NCBI GenBank assembly: GCA_000004985.1
Contig: GG738850.1
Strand: one strand, 5' to 3'
Length of the DNA stretch: 64,000 bases
Origin: Naegleria gruberi
Taxonomy: Eukaryota
Below the pieces are notes generated by a model. The model saw nothing but the letters and a program-made list of their open reading frames with translations. It did not search any database and was not told where the DNA came from. Of this stretch, positions 31,866 through 41,706 are shown one piece after another (the first letter of the stretch is position 1; the number at the start of each line of letters is the position of its first letter). Both the position numbers and the translations under genes were made by a program.

Positions 31866-34800
31866 ATGCCATCAGTCAAACACATCAGATTTTATCTTCC
31901 TTTGGTATTAGTTTTCTTTCTTTTCGTAACCAGTATCAACTTCAAATAATCTCTTTACCAGAAGTCTTTCTAATATTTCTTTTACTCAACCGGTTACAGA
32001 CCCTTCACCTCTCGGATGTCAAATTGTTCCACAACCAAATTTTCTCTCACTACAAGTGGCATCAATTTTCATATCTTCTATTCGTGGTAATGATTATTTA
32101 ACACAATCATTGAATAATTCATCATCATTAATTAGTAATAAGTGTAATTTCATCAATAATCCATGTCACTCAATTTCACATGCCTTGTCTCAGTTGAGTA
32201 ACACAACATGTGTAATTAATCCTTGTACTGGATATGTATTATTTTTATTGGATGATTTATTGGATGATGAAGCAAAGAGTTGTAATTTGGAAATTCCAAC
32301 TTCAATTCCAATCATGTTTTATGGAGTTGGTTCAAGTAAAAATTGGAAGTGTGTTTCGAATAGCATATTTAAAGAAGGAAATAATGTATTGTATCAGGGA
32401 TTCTTTATCTCAAATGTGAAAATTAGTGGAAATTTCAATTTACGAGTTTGTTTATTGTATTTTGTAAATTCAATTGCATTTAATTTTAGATTTTCCAACA
32501 AGTATTTCTTGTAAGTTTCGTTTTTTATTTCTTTTAAAATATAATTGGAATAGTACAATATTTTTTCACACTTCACAACTATTAGAAAGTGTAATTGAAG
32601 AAACAAGTCAAGACATAACTTATTGGAATATAATGAGATATAGTTCTTTATCATTTCTTAGTTCTACAGTTAACAAAACTAAAATTAAGTCCTATGCTAA
32701 AGTTAGTTTTTCCTCATCTAATGTCACTAGCACTGAAAGCACGACAATACTAGCAACGAGCATGTTTCTCGATTCCTATGTAATTCCATTTGCTTTAGTT
32801 TTTGACTCGTTATTGGAAAGCTCAAGCTTTACGTTTGAGTGGAAAACTGCATCATGTATTACATATGACAAACAACCACAATTTGGATTTTTTAATTCAA
32901 AGCTCATTAATTCAAAGATTTTTTCATTCAATTTTGGAAGATTAGTTTTGGATAATAATTTATTTACAGGTACGAGTCAAATTCTATTAAGAAACAGTAT
33001 TCCTTGTGACAAGGCAATAGATGTCACAAGAAATGTATTTGAAAGTCTTCCTGACCTTTCTACATTATTAATACAGGATACGATTGCAATTTTGCTATTT
33101 TCTGGAAATTCAATTAGAAATTTTAATGTAGCTTTTGGATTATTTCATTTTAATACCTTAGCAGTGGTTAAATTTGAAAATAATATTGTTACTGGAATGA
33201 TTATGCCACAAATTGCTCTAACAAATTCTGGACTATTTACATTCGAAAAAATTAACAATATTGCTACTTTTAATAATACTTTTATTGGTAATGTAGGATA
33301 TTATGGATCGTACTATTTTAAAGAATGTGGAAATATTTTGATTATGAATGACAAGTTTTCAAATAATAAGGCAATTATTGGAGGAGCTATTTATGATTCC
33401 AATAATGGTTTTGGTAGATCGGTCAATGTTACAAATTCAATATTTTCCAACAATTATGCAAGTTATGGAGGTGTTATTGGAACAAGTTTAGTGAATGTAA
33501 ATCTCTATTTCACTGGAAATACATTCGAAAATAATAGAGCCAAGTGGGGAGGAGCTATTTTAGCTGATATACCACCTTATTTTATGGATGGAATGTTACA
33601 ATCTAATCAATTTGTAAATAATACTATTGAATTTCAATCAGAAGAAAATAATATTGCTGGTAATCCTATATTTACTCTACTTTCACCTAATGGTACTCTA
33701 TTCTTATATCCAGGAGAATTGATTAATATAGAAGGAAGAGTAACAGACCTCTATGACAAGGTAATACCTTATAATTCAGATTTTAAAATTGATATTACTG
33801 CATCACAACCAAATGTAATGATATATAGTAGTGTGATTGCAAATCAGTTGACTAGTAAATCATTTAATATTTATTGGAAATATGGATTAGTAGGAGCTGA
33901 AACTGTTAATGCATTCTCTCAGTTTAATTTAACAATTTCAACTCGAATTCTGGATAAATCAACTTTTGGAAGAGTTATTGTAATGGTTAAGGAATGTCCA
34001 TCTGGATTCTCATTCATGAATGGTTATTTACTTGGAAATACCAATTCAAATCTATTCGAATGTTCACCCATTCCTCTAATTATGTCTCTGTCTATAGTTG
34101 GATCTTCCTTATTATTTGGATTCATTACTGTAGGAGTTCTGTGGTTGTGTATTAAAATCTATACCTCTATAAAACCATATAGAACAGCCAAGCAACAAAC
34201 CATGATGGTTCTTTCCATGCAAAAACCTCAAAATGAAATAGCAAAGAAAGTGAAAATATTCGATCAAGAATTGGAAACTAAATTAAGCAGATTATTAATG
34301 AATGCAGAAAATTATACTGTTTTGAAAAGTAATGATATGGTGGAAGTTGTTTCATTCACTTCTAATTGGGAGAAATATGTTTTAAAGATTGACAAATCTC
34401 AGAGAAGAGAAGTTCGATTGAATGAGGAATATTCTGCAGTACCGTAAGTAGTTGTTATTTTGATTTAACCTTTGATTTTGAAAGAGTTGAATTGGTTGAT
34501 ACGAATGAGGCAAAACAATTTATTGCGAATGCAGAGTATTACTTTGTTATTCCTGGTGATAATAATGAGAAAACAAGATTTTTGGGAATTGATATCAAAA
34601 ACAGATCTGTTTTTCATCCTTGTTTGATATTTAGAGGTGCAGATTTTGATCTATCTCACTATTTGTCTGTTTTTGGTCATTTTAGTAAGAGAATTGAAGA
34701 AAAAATTGATATTTTACAACAAATTGTAAGTAATATTTCTCAACCAATTGATTACTAACGTCTCGTAGGTAAAACCAATGAAATGGCTTCATTCCAATAA

Positions 34801-35464
34801 CATATTCCATCGCGATTTGAAACCTGCAAATATTTTTGTTTGGTGGGATGTTGGAAAGAAGCCAATTTTAAAAATTGGTGATTTTGGAGCTAGTAGCAGT
34901 AATTATGTTTTAGAAGGAACATATCCATATATAGCTCCTGAACTAATTAATGAAAATGATTTGAATGAATTAAGCATTTATCATTCTCGTATGGAGTGGT
35001 TTGCTCCTGCAGATGTTTATTCATTCTCAGTCATAATGTGGGACGTATTATTTGAGGACAATTCAAGATTTATCAGACATTTCAGAATGAAAAAGTATTC
35101 CAATGATGATTTCTCCATTAACATGCCAACATTGGAGATGTTACTAGAATATTGTGAAAAGGAAAATAGATTTGAACTCAACCCAAAGATAGAATTAGCC
35201 AAACAATTGGAAAATTATTTGGAAATATTCAAGAGATGTAACAGTGAGGATCCAACAAAAAGACCAACGTTTGAATTTATTGAAAAGGCATTGAATGGAG
35301 AGGTAGAGAATTGGAATTCCTATCCAACCTATTCTAGAATTAAGGAATCAATAGATGTTGACTCGTCCCATTATTATCATCGTGACAATGGTTCGAACTC
35401 TAATTTTGTTAAAATTGGATCAGATAATGAGGAGTTAATTGAAACTGAGTATACCAGATATTAA
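31866..35464 (+). CDS. Receptor-like protein kinase: a signal peptide, a large ectodomain of right-handed beta-helix (PbH1-like, GGAI-repeat) units, one TM helix and an atypical cytoplasmic kinase domain
   Basis: Five exons: 31866..31932, 32000..32510, 32554..34443, 34485..34725 and 34769..35464. Introns are 67, 43, 41 and 43 nt; the last contains TACTAAC at 34754-34760. The signal peptide is MPSVKHIRFYLPLVLVFFLFVT. Ectodomain repeats include NNKAIIGGAIYDSNNGFG, SIFSNNYASYGGVIGTS and NTFENNRAKWGGAIL. The TM is IMSLSIVGSSLLFGFITVGVLWLCIKIY. The kinase C-lobe has HSNNIFHRDLKPANIF, KIGDFGAS and YIAPE, but no obvious Gly-rich loop. The exon 1 donor (GTATCA) is non-consensus and uncertain. Confidence 0.6.
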
Positions 35465-35610
35465 GCTTATAAAATGTCTGACTTGATCTGTGAAGTTCCT
35501 TCAAATTATTATAAACGTGAGAATTAGCCTTAAATACAAGGGTATTTTCATGCTCAATAAGGTGGCCCACGCATATTAAGTTTAAGGGTTATTGAAAATT
35601 ATTGAATGTA

Positions 35611-35683
35611 GCCCGTCTAGCTCAGTCGGTAGAGCGCAAGGCTCTTAACCTTGTGGTCGTGGGTTCGACCCCCACGGTGGGCG
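35611..35683 (+). tRNA. tRNA-Lys (anticodon CTT)
   Basis: The 73-nt sequence GCCCGTCTAGCTCAGTCGGTAGAGCGCAAGGCTCTTAACCTTGTGGTCGTGGGTTCGACCCCCACGGTGGGCG folds as a cloverleaf with a 7-bp acceptor stem (two G-U pairs). The D-loop is AGTCGGTA, the anticodon loop is CTCTTAA and the T-arm is GTGGGTTCGACCCCCAC. It is nearly identical to eukaryotic cytosolic tRNA-Lys(CUU). No encoded CCA and no intron. Confidence 0.85.
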
Positions 35684-35684
35684 A

Positions 35685-35699
35685 TTTCGTTTTGTTTTG
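35685..35699 (+). terminator. Probable RNA polymerase III terminator (T-runs) downstream of tRNA-Lys
   Basis: TTTCGTTTTGTTTTG follows the tRNA 3' end directly, with two T4 runs. Confidence 0.4.
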
Positions 35700-35846
35700 A
35701 ATTGGGAATCAGTCATATAATGCGTTAAGTTTTTATCTGAATGGCTTTAAATTTTGTTCATTCCAACCTCTTGGCGGAGATATCATTAGTCTATTTAAAG
35801 AATATTAAAAAGGCTATTATTAATTTAATTTAATTATTTTAAAAAA

Positions 35847-37174
35847 ATGAAACGACGAGCAAGTAGGAATAATCTGCAAGACAATAAAAAAGTGGAGACT
35901 CCTAAAAAGAGTACACCACCAGTAGTAGTGGATAATATTTCGGATCAGGCTTTATCAGAGTCAAGTATAAAAGCAATACAAAAATTAGCTGGACAATTAG
36001 CGAGCGGGAAGAAACTTTTATTTGTGACTGGAGCAGGTATTTCGCAAATATCAGGTAAATATTTATTATAATTGATGGATACGAACTGTTTTGGAATTTT
36101 ATATTGGATATAAATTATTTTGAAATTAATTTAGGAATTCCAACATATAGAGGAGATGCCAATTCAATTTGGTCGAATCATATTCTTGATATGGGTACTA
36201 GGAAAATGTTTCAAAGGGATGAATTACATTGGTACAATTCATTTTGGTTGACAACCCATCACAAGAGAGAATATTTTGTTGCCAAACCAAATGAAGGACA
36301 TTTAGCTATTGCGAGATTGAGTAAATTATGTAATTTGAGATGTATTACACAGAATATTGATCATTTACATTCAAAAACATCTCTATCACCATCCCATATA
36401 ATAGAGGTTCATGGTAGATTAGGTCTTTATAAGTGTATTAATTCTAGAAAAAAGAATCCTTGTCCATATGCCAAAACACATAGTATTGATACAGTACAAT
36501 TGGAAAAGCATAGTAATGATTATCATCAAAATAAGCCCACTTTTACCATCAAATCAGTACCAAAATGTCCCTTCTGTAAAACTCTTCTCCTTCCACAAGC
36601 CCTCTTATTTGATGAGAAATATGAATCACATGATTTTTATCAATGGAGAAAAGCACTGCAATGGATTGCTGATTGTGAAGTCATTTGTTTTGTAGGAACA
36701 TCATTTTCTGTAGGTGTTACAGCTGAATGCTTGTCAATTGCCAAGGACAATGACAAAACCCTCTACAATTTTAATATTAGGGTAGATAAGGAGGTTAAAA
36801 ATCTTCCAGGAATGTATCATATTGTAGGAAAATCTGAAATTTCACTTCCATTCTTATTTAATACATTGGTGGAAATTGGGAAGAGTCAACATTTATCTCA
36901 CAAGCCACGAATGCACTTTTATTCGAGCCAATATTCAAGTACACACAAAGTGGTGAAAAGAACTAATCTGAAAAGACTACAAAGAAACAGTAAAGTCATT
37001 CACAGTGATGATGAGCAACAGCAGCCTGTTGAAGAGCATGAATATGATAGTGACCATGAGAGAATCTCTAAAAAGATCAAATTCAAGGAGTACTCTTCCA
37101 GTGATGATGGTGCTAGTTCTAGTGAGGAAGGAGAAACTGAGGAAGAATTTGACGATTCCGATGAGGATTATTAA
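35847..37174 (+). CDS. Sir2-family NAD-dependent protein deacetylase (sirtuin) with an acidic Ser/Asp/Glu-rich C-terminal tail
   Basis: Two exons, 35847..36054 and 36135..37174, with an 80-nt intron (GTAAAT..TTTAG) in phase 1. The Rossmann motif GAGISQISG|IPTYRG spans the junction. Other motifs are QNIDHLH, HG and a zinc-binding CxxC..CPFC. The tail is ...SSDDGASSSEEGETEEEFDDSDEDY. Confidence 0.7.
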
Positions 37175-37435
37175 AAGAGCATGCTATAGAAACAAATATC
37201 TGAACCACACTACAGTAAGCTTTGTAAACAACTCCAATTTCCTTATAGTAACATTGCCAATCTCGCTAAAATTTCTGTTTTTAAATTTTCCACAAGCAAT
37301 TGCCCGGAGCGAGTTGTGTTTCTTCGCGCTGATTATTTTAAAGCAAAAGAACCAAAAAGAAGTGAATCTTAACAATTTTTCAAACTCAAAAAAAAGAGAA
37401 GCAAACAACAAACACATACAACTTTCATAACAAAA

Positions 37436-38629
37436 ATGCAACAAGTTCATTTATGGCTCCGTGATGAAGTTAAACCATTCGAACAACGTACAGCTTTGAC
37501 TCCTTCCGATGCTGAAAAGTTGATCAAGGAATTTAATTTTAAAATTACAGTTGAAAAATCTGTTACTCGTGCCTTTGATGATGAAGAATATGTTAAAGTT
37601 GGTTGTCAATTAGTTGAATCAAATTCATGGATTACTCAAGCACCAAAACTTGAAGAAAATGATAATTTCTATATTTTGGGATTGAAAGAATTACCACTCG
37701 GAAATACTCAATTAGGTGATATTCAAGTTCCACACTTACTTTCTCAACGTCATATTTTCTTTGCTCACTGTTTCAAGAGACAATCTGATTGGAAAGATAC
37801 AATGAGTAGATTTGTTCAAGCTGAACCAAGACCAGGTCAAATTCTTGACTTGGAATTCCTTAATTTAGATAATGGTAGAAGAGTTGCTGCTTTTGGTTAT
37901 GCAGCTGGTTTTAATGGAATGGCAATGGGTTTACTTACTTATTGTAAACAAAAATTACATTCAAACGATTTGGAAGTTTTGAATGAAATTGTTAAACCAT
38001 TCAAGAATAGAACTGAACTTGTTAATCATATTAAGGATTTACTTTCTAAATTAGATCATACACCAAAATGTTTAGTTTTAGGAGCATTGGGTAGATGTGG
38101 AAGTGGAAGTGTTAAATGTGCTGAATTATGTGGAATTCCAGAAAGTCATTTAATTAAATGGGATTTGAATGAAACCAAAGCAGGTGGACCATTCCCACAA
38201 TTATCAACAGATGTTGATATTCTAGTTAATGATATTTATTTGAGTGGTGAAATTAAACCATTCTTAACAATGGAAATGGCACAAAAAGGTGATCGTAGAA
38301 TGAGTGTTTTCATTGATGTTTCATGTGATGTTACAAATCCATTCAATCCATTCCCAATTAATAATCAAGTTACAACATTTGATAGACCAGTTAGAAGAGT
38401 TGATAATACTAATAATCTTCCATTAGATGTTATTGCAATTGATCATTTACCAACAATGACTCCACAAGAATCATCAGATGAATTCTCAAATGCTTTGGTT
38501 ACTTATTTGGCTGAATTGAGAAATGTTAATTTTTCAAATGAACAAGGTGAAACTGAAGGTATTAGAGTTTGGTTACGTGCAAATCAATTATTTGAAAAGA
38601 AAGTTCAAGAATTTAAACAAGAATTGTAA
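37436..38629 (+). CDS. Saccharopine dehydrogenase (NAD+, L-lysine-forming), fungal LYS1-type
   Basis: 397-aa single-exon ORF. It is collinear with yeast Lys1: HLWLRDEVKPFEQRTALTP, FAHCFKRQSDWKDTMSRF, LDLEFLNLDNGRRVAAFGYAAGFNGMA, LGALGRCGSGSVKCAELCGIP, KWDLNETKAGGPF and IDHLPTM. Confidence 0.7.
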   Translation: MQQVHLWLRDEVKPFEQRTALTPSDAEKLIKEFNFKITVEKSVTRAFDDEEYVKVGCQLVESNSWITQAPKLEENDNFYILGLKELPLGNTQLGDIQVPHLLSQRHIFFAHCFKRQSDWKDTMSRFVQAEPRPGQILDLEFLNLDNGRRVAAFGYAAGFNGMAMGLLTYCKQKLHSNDLEVLNEIVKPFKNRTELVNHIKDLLSKLDHTPKCLVLGALGRCGSGSVKCAELCGIPESHLIKWDLNETKAGGPFPQLSTDVDILVNDIYLSGEIKPFLTMEMAQKGDRRMSVFIDVSCDVTNPFNPFPINNQVTTFDRPVRRVDNTNNLPLDVIAIDHLPTMTPQESSDEFSNALVTYLAELRNVNFSNEQGETEGIRVWLRANQLFEKKVQEFKQEL

Positions 38630-38758
38630 ATTGCTATAAAAAAACATTAAAAAACCTTTTGAAAATTATCCAAATTCATTTTAATATGTTGCTGTCAAAT
38701 GTTCTTTCACCACTCTCATTTCAAATCCTTGTCAATTATAAATTCCATAAGATAAAAA

Positions 38759-41656
38759 ATGTCTTTTAATCAATTATTACCTCCCACACTAAAACCTAGA
38801 TCCTACAGTGCTACCAATTCTAAGAATGCTACACCTACTTCCAATACACCACTTTCACCTGTCATTACCATTGAAAATGATTCATCATCATTACCTTCAT
38901 CATCATCACAAGCAATGAATCAACAACATCAATCTAATACTACCACTACCACTACTACTACTCAACAACAACAACAACCAACTAGTGCACGTACAGGTCA
39001 TCGTCGATTACCCAGTTCCTTCCTATTACCTTCTACAGCAGCAGGAGTAGGAGGTGCAACTTCATCATCTTCACTTGCTATTTCTCCACTAACAGGTGCA
39101 AGTGCAAGTGTATCATCATCATCATCATCATTGAATAATAACAATTTATTAATGTCCAGTGGAACACCACAATCACCCTCTCCTAATACTACCTCCATGA
39201 TGATGATGTATCACTTTAATACCTCATCCAATTCTCTACTAGTTGGTACACCAGGTAGTACAACAACAAGAACAAGAACACCCAACAGTCCTCCAACCAA
39301 CAACAGCAACAATAATAATTCAACAGCATCACTATTAATTCATCAAGGTAATAGTAGTAATGTTGCAGGTGTTGCAGGTCAACAACAACAACAACAACAA
39401 CAACAACATCATCACTTTGTTCCTCCACTCATTCCACCAGTCTCTTTCAATGCACTATTCAATAATAATAATAACAACAACAACTCGACGGAAGAAAATA
39501 ACAAAATGATGAATGCTGGTGGATCATCATCAATAATTGGTCCACAACAGAGTGGTGGAATGACAACATCATCAAGTAGTGGAAATTTACTTTCCAATTC
39601 AGCAGGTAATTCATCATTTCAAAATCCAATTTCACACAATGTTGAATACTATCATGCTCATATGGCCATGTTTATAAAGAAAAAGTTTGAGGAAGAGGAG
39701 GAATATCTAATGTATTCATATCCGAATGAAATATCATCTCCCAATATACATATTAGATCATTAAAGGAATTGAGAGGTACATTACACTCTGTATTTGGTG
39801 AATGTAATGATATATTGAATGAACAAGTTAGATTTTGTTATTTAACACCAACTGGAAAGAGTGTTTCATCATCGTGGTGGAATGTTCATTCTAATACTAC
39901 TAATACTACTAATACTAATAGTGGCACAAATCATAATCCATTATCATCTGCATCCTCTTCTCATCAACATCAACATATTCATCAGGGTTCCATTGATAGC
40001 ATTTCAAGTCCAAATCAATCGACACCACTTCCATCATCTGTAAATTCAGCAACTTCTGCACTTCCTAATACTGATACCATTAATTCGACAAGTTCAATTC
40101 ATCATCATCATCAATCCATTCCATCCAATATATCATCATCCAATAATCCTACTATTACTACTACAATTGGTGTTAATGATACAATTTCACAAAAACCATC
40201 TCTATTAGAATTTTTACAAGAAAGTAAAAAGATTGAAAATGCAACAGAATTATCAAATGTTATTCAATTGAGAGAAACTATTGAAAAGAATAAGAGACCA
40301 CTTATTGTAACATACAAAATATTGAAACAGTATATATTTTTATTATATTTACCAATTCCAACTGATTACAATTATGGAAATGTAATGAAATCAGTTTATG
40401 AACAATATGTAAATGAATTATTTGAATTTTTAGATTTTATTTATCAAGATGTTGAAGAAATTATTACAAATATTTCAGATTATCAAAGTCAATTAGATAC
40501 AATATTTAATAGATTTTTTGAAATGGTATTTCATGATAGAGATTTTAGTTTTGTAAATAGTTTTCAAGATGGTTTTGTTAAATTTCAACCTTCTTTTCAT
40601 ATTTCTCAAACTATTGATGCTGAATTATCAAATTTAGAAACAATTATGAAAGAAGATTGTTTTAATATTGGAACTTGTTTAATTTATAAGGGTTTATTAC
40701 AATTATCTCATTTACCTAAAAATATTACAAAACAAGTAATTAGATATTTAACACATTTTAATATTATTCATAGAGCTCAAGATTCACCTGAAATGGTTAT
40801 TATTGAAAAGGTTTTTATTAAGGAAAATTCAAATCCTTTCGATTTATTAACAATTAATGAAACATCAGGTGATAATGGTTATGATTATTTATTATCTGTT
40901 ATTACTCAAGGTGAAAAAGTAATGTGTAGTGTTTTATATGCAAAGAGATATCCACAATCTTATTATGAAGGTGATTTATATTATGTTGATGAAATGAGAA
41001 CTTGTTTATTACAATTAGAAAAGAAGGGAATTTTTAGTCAACTTAGAGGTCAATTTAAAACTTCACATTCTTTAGCTAATGTTTTTTCAATTCCAACTGT
41101 TTCTGTAACTGCAAATACAGAATCATCAAGAGATAGTACAAGTGGTCTAGTTGGCTTAGGAAGTTTTACTTCAAATAGTTTTTATGGATTTGGACTAACA
41201 AATGATCATACAAGTCCAACAAGTTCTAATACTTCTAGTTCTTCTAGTAGTAATTCGAGTAATGAAACAATTATTGGATCTAACATGAAACATTTCGTCA
41301 CACAAGGACCTTACAATGTCTTGTTAGGTTATGTTGTCCATTCAAATTCGAATGGTGTAATTTTATATCATAATAGCAGTAATCCAGCTATTGCATCAGT
41401 TTTTTCTCTGAAATGTCAAGTTGTTAGACAAGTATTACAAAGTAAGAGATCAATGAGTGATGACCCTATCGTAGAATTTGGTATTCACATTGATCAGAAG
41501 GTGCCACTTCCAAACAATACTATTGGACATATTGGATATTGGATTTGTGGTAGAATGAATGATATGCTGGATGAATTTTATGTTTGTTATGAAGATTCTA
41601 TTCCTCAAGATGTTGTGGAATTATCTTATAGATTGTACAGTAGACTTTACATTTAA
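38759..41656 (+). CDS. Large 965-aa protein with an N-terminal half of about 470 aa of homopolymeric low complexity (T9, Q11, N8, S-runs) and a C-terminal ordered domain of about 500 aa of unrecognised family
   Basis: Continuous ORF with ATG at 38759. The (CAA)10 tract at about 39380-39410 encodes Q11. The C-terminal region (…LKQYIFLLYLPIPTDYNYGNVMKSVYEQY…GTCLIYKGLLQLSHLP…) has ordinary composition. Confidence 0.45.
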   Translation: MSFNQLLPPTLKPRSYSATNSKNATPTSNTPLSPVITIENDSSSLPSSSSQAMNQQHQSNTTTTTTTTQQQQQPTSARTGHRRLPSSFLLPSTAAGVGGATSSSSLAISPLTGASASVSSSSSSLNNNNLLMSSGTPQSPSPNTTSMMMMYHFNTSSNSLLVGTPGSTTTRTRTPNSPPTNNSNNNNSTASLLIHQGNSSNVAGVAGQQQQQQQQQHHHFVPPLIPPVSFNALFNNNNNNNNSTEENNKMMNAGGSSSIIGPQQSGGMTTSSSSGNLLSNSAGNSSFQNPISHNVEYYHAHMAMFIKKKFEEEEEYLMYSYPNEISSPNIHIRSLKELRGTLHSVFGECNDILNEQVRFCYLTPTGKSVSSSWWNVHSNTTNTTNTNSGTNHNPLSSASSSHQHQHIHQGSIDSISSPNQSTPLPSSVNSATSALPNTDTINSTSSIHHHHQSIPSNISSSNNPTITTTIGVNDTISQKPSLLEFLQESKKIENATELSNVIQLRETIEKNKRPLIVTYKILKQYIFLLYLPIPTDYNYGNVMKSVYEQYVNELFEFLDFIYQDVEEIITNISDYQSQLDTIFNRFFEMVFHDRDFSFVNSFQDGFVKFQPSFHISQTIDAELSNLETIMKEDCFNIGTCLIYKGLLQLSHLPKNITKQVIRYLTHFNIIHRAQDSPEMVIIEKVFIKENSNPFDLLTINETSGDNGYDYLLSVITQGEKVMCSVLYAKRYPQSYYEGDLYYVDEMRTCLLQLEKKGIFSQLRGQFKTSHSLANVFSIPTVSVTANTESSRDSTSGLVGLGSFTSNSFYGFGLTNDHTSPTSSNTSSSSSSNSSNETIIGSNMKHFVTQGPYNVLLGYVVHSNSNGVILYHNSSNPAIASVFSLKCQVVRQVLQSKRSMSDDPIVEFGIHIDQKVPLPNNTIGHIGYWICGRMNDMLDEFYVCYEDSIPQDVVELSYRLYSRLYI
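39380..39410 (+). repeat. (CAA)n trinucleotide microsatellite encoding a poly-Gln tract
   Basis: The run caacaacaacaacaacaacaacaacaacaa lies inside the ORF 38759..41656. Confidence 0.8.
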
Positions 41657-41706
41657 TTTCCCCAATAAACTCTTTAATTTATTCAAACATCTTCTAGTTC
41701 AACTAC

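Noticed and set aside
31700-31949. Mutually overlapping ORFs 31700..31885 (minus) and 31767..31949 (plus) as independent genes
   Set aside because: The plus ORF's tail (MPSVKHIRFYLPLVLVFFLFVT) is better explained as the signal-peptide exon 1 of the downstream receptor-like kinase gene. The minus ORF is a shadow.
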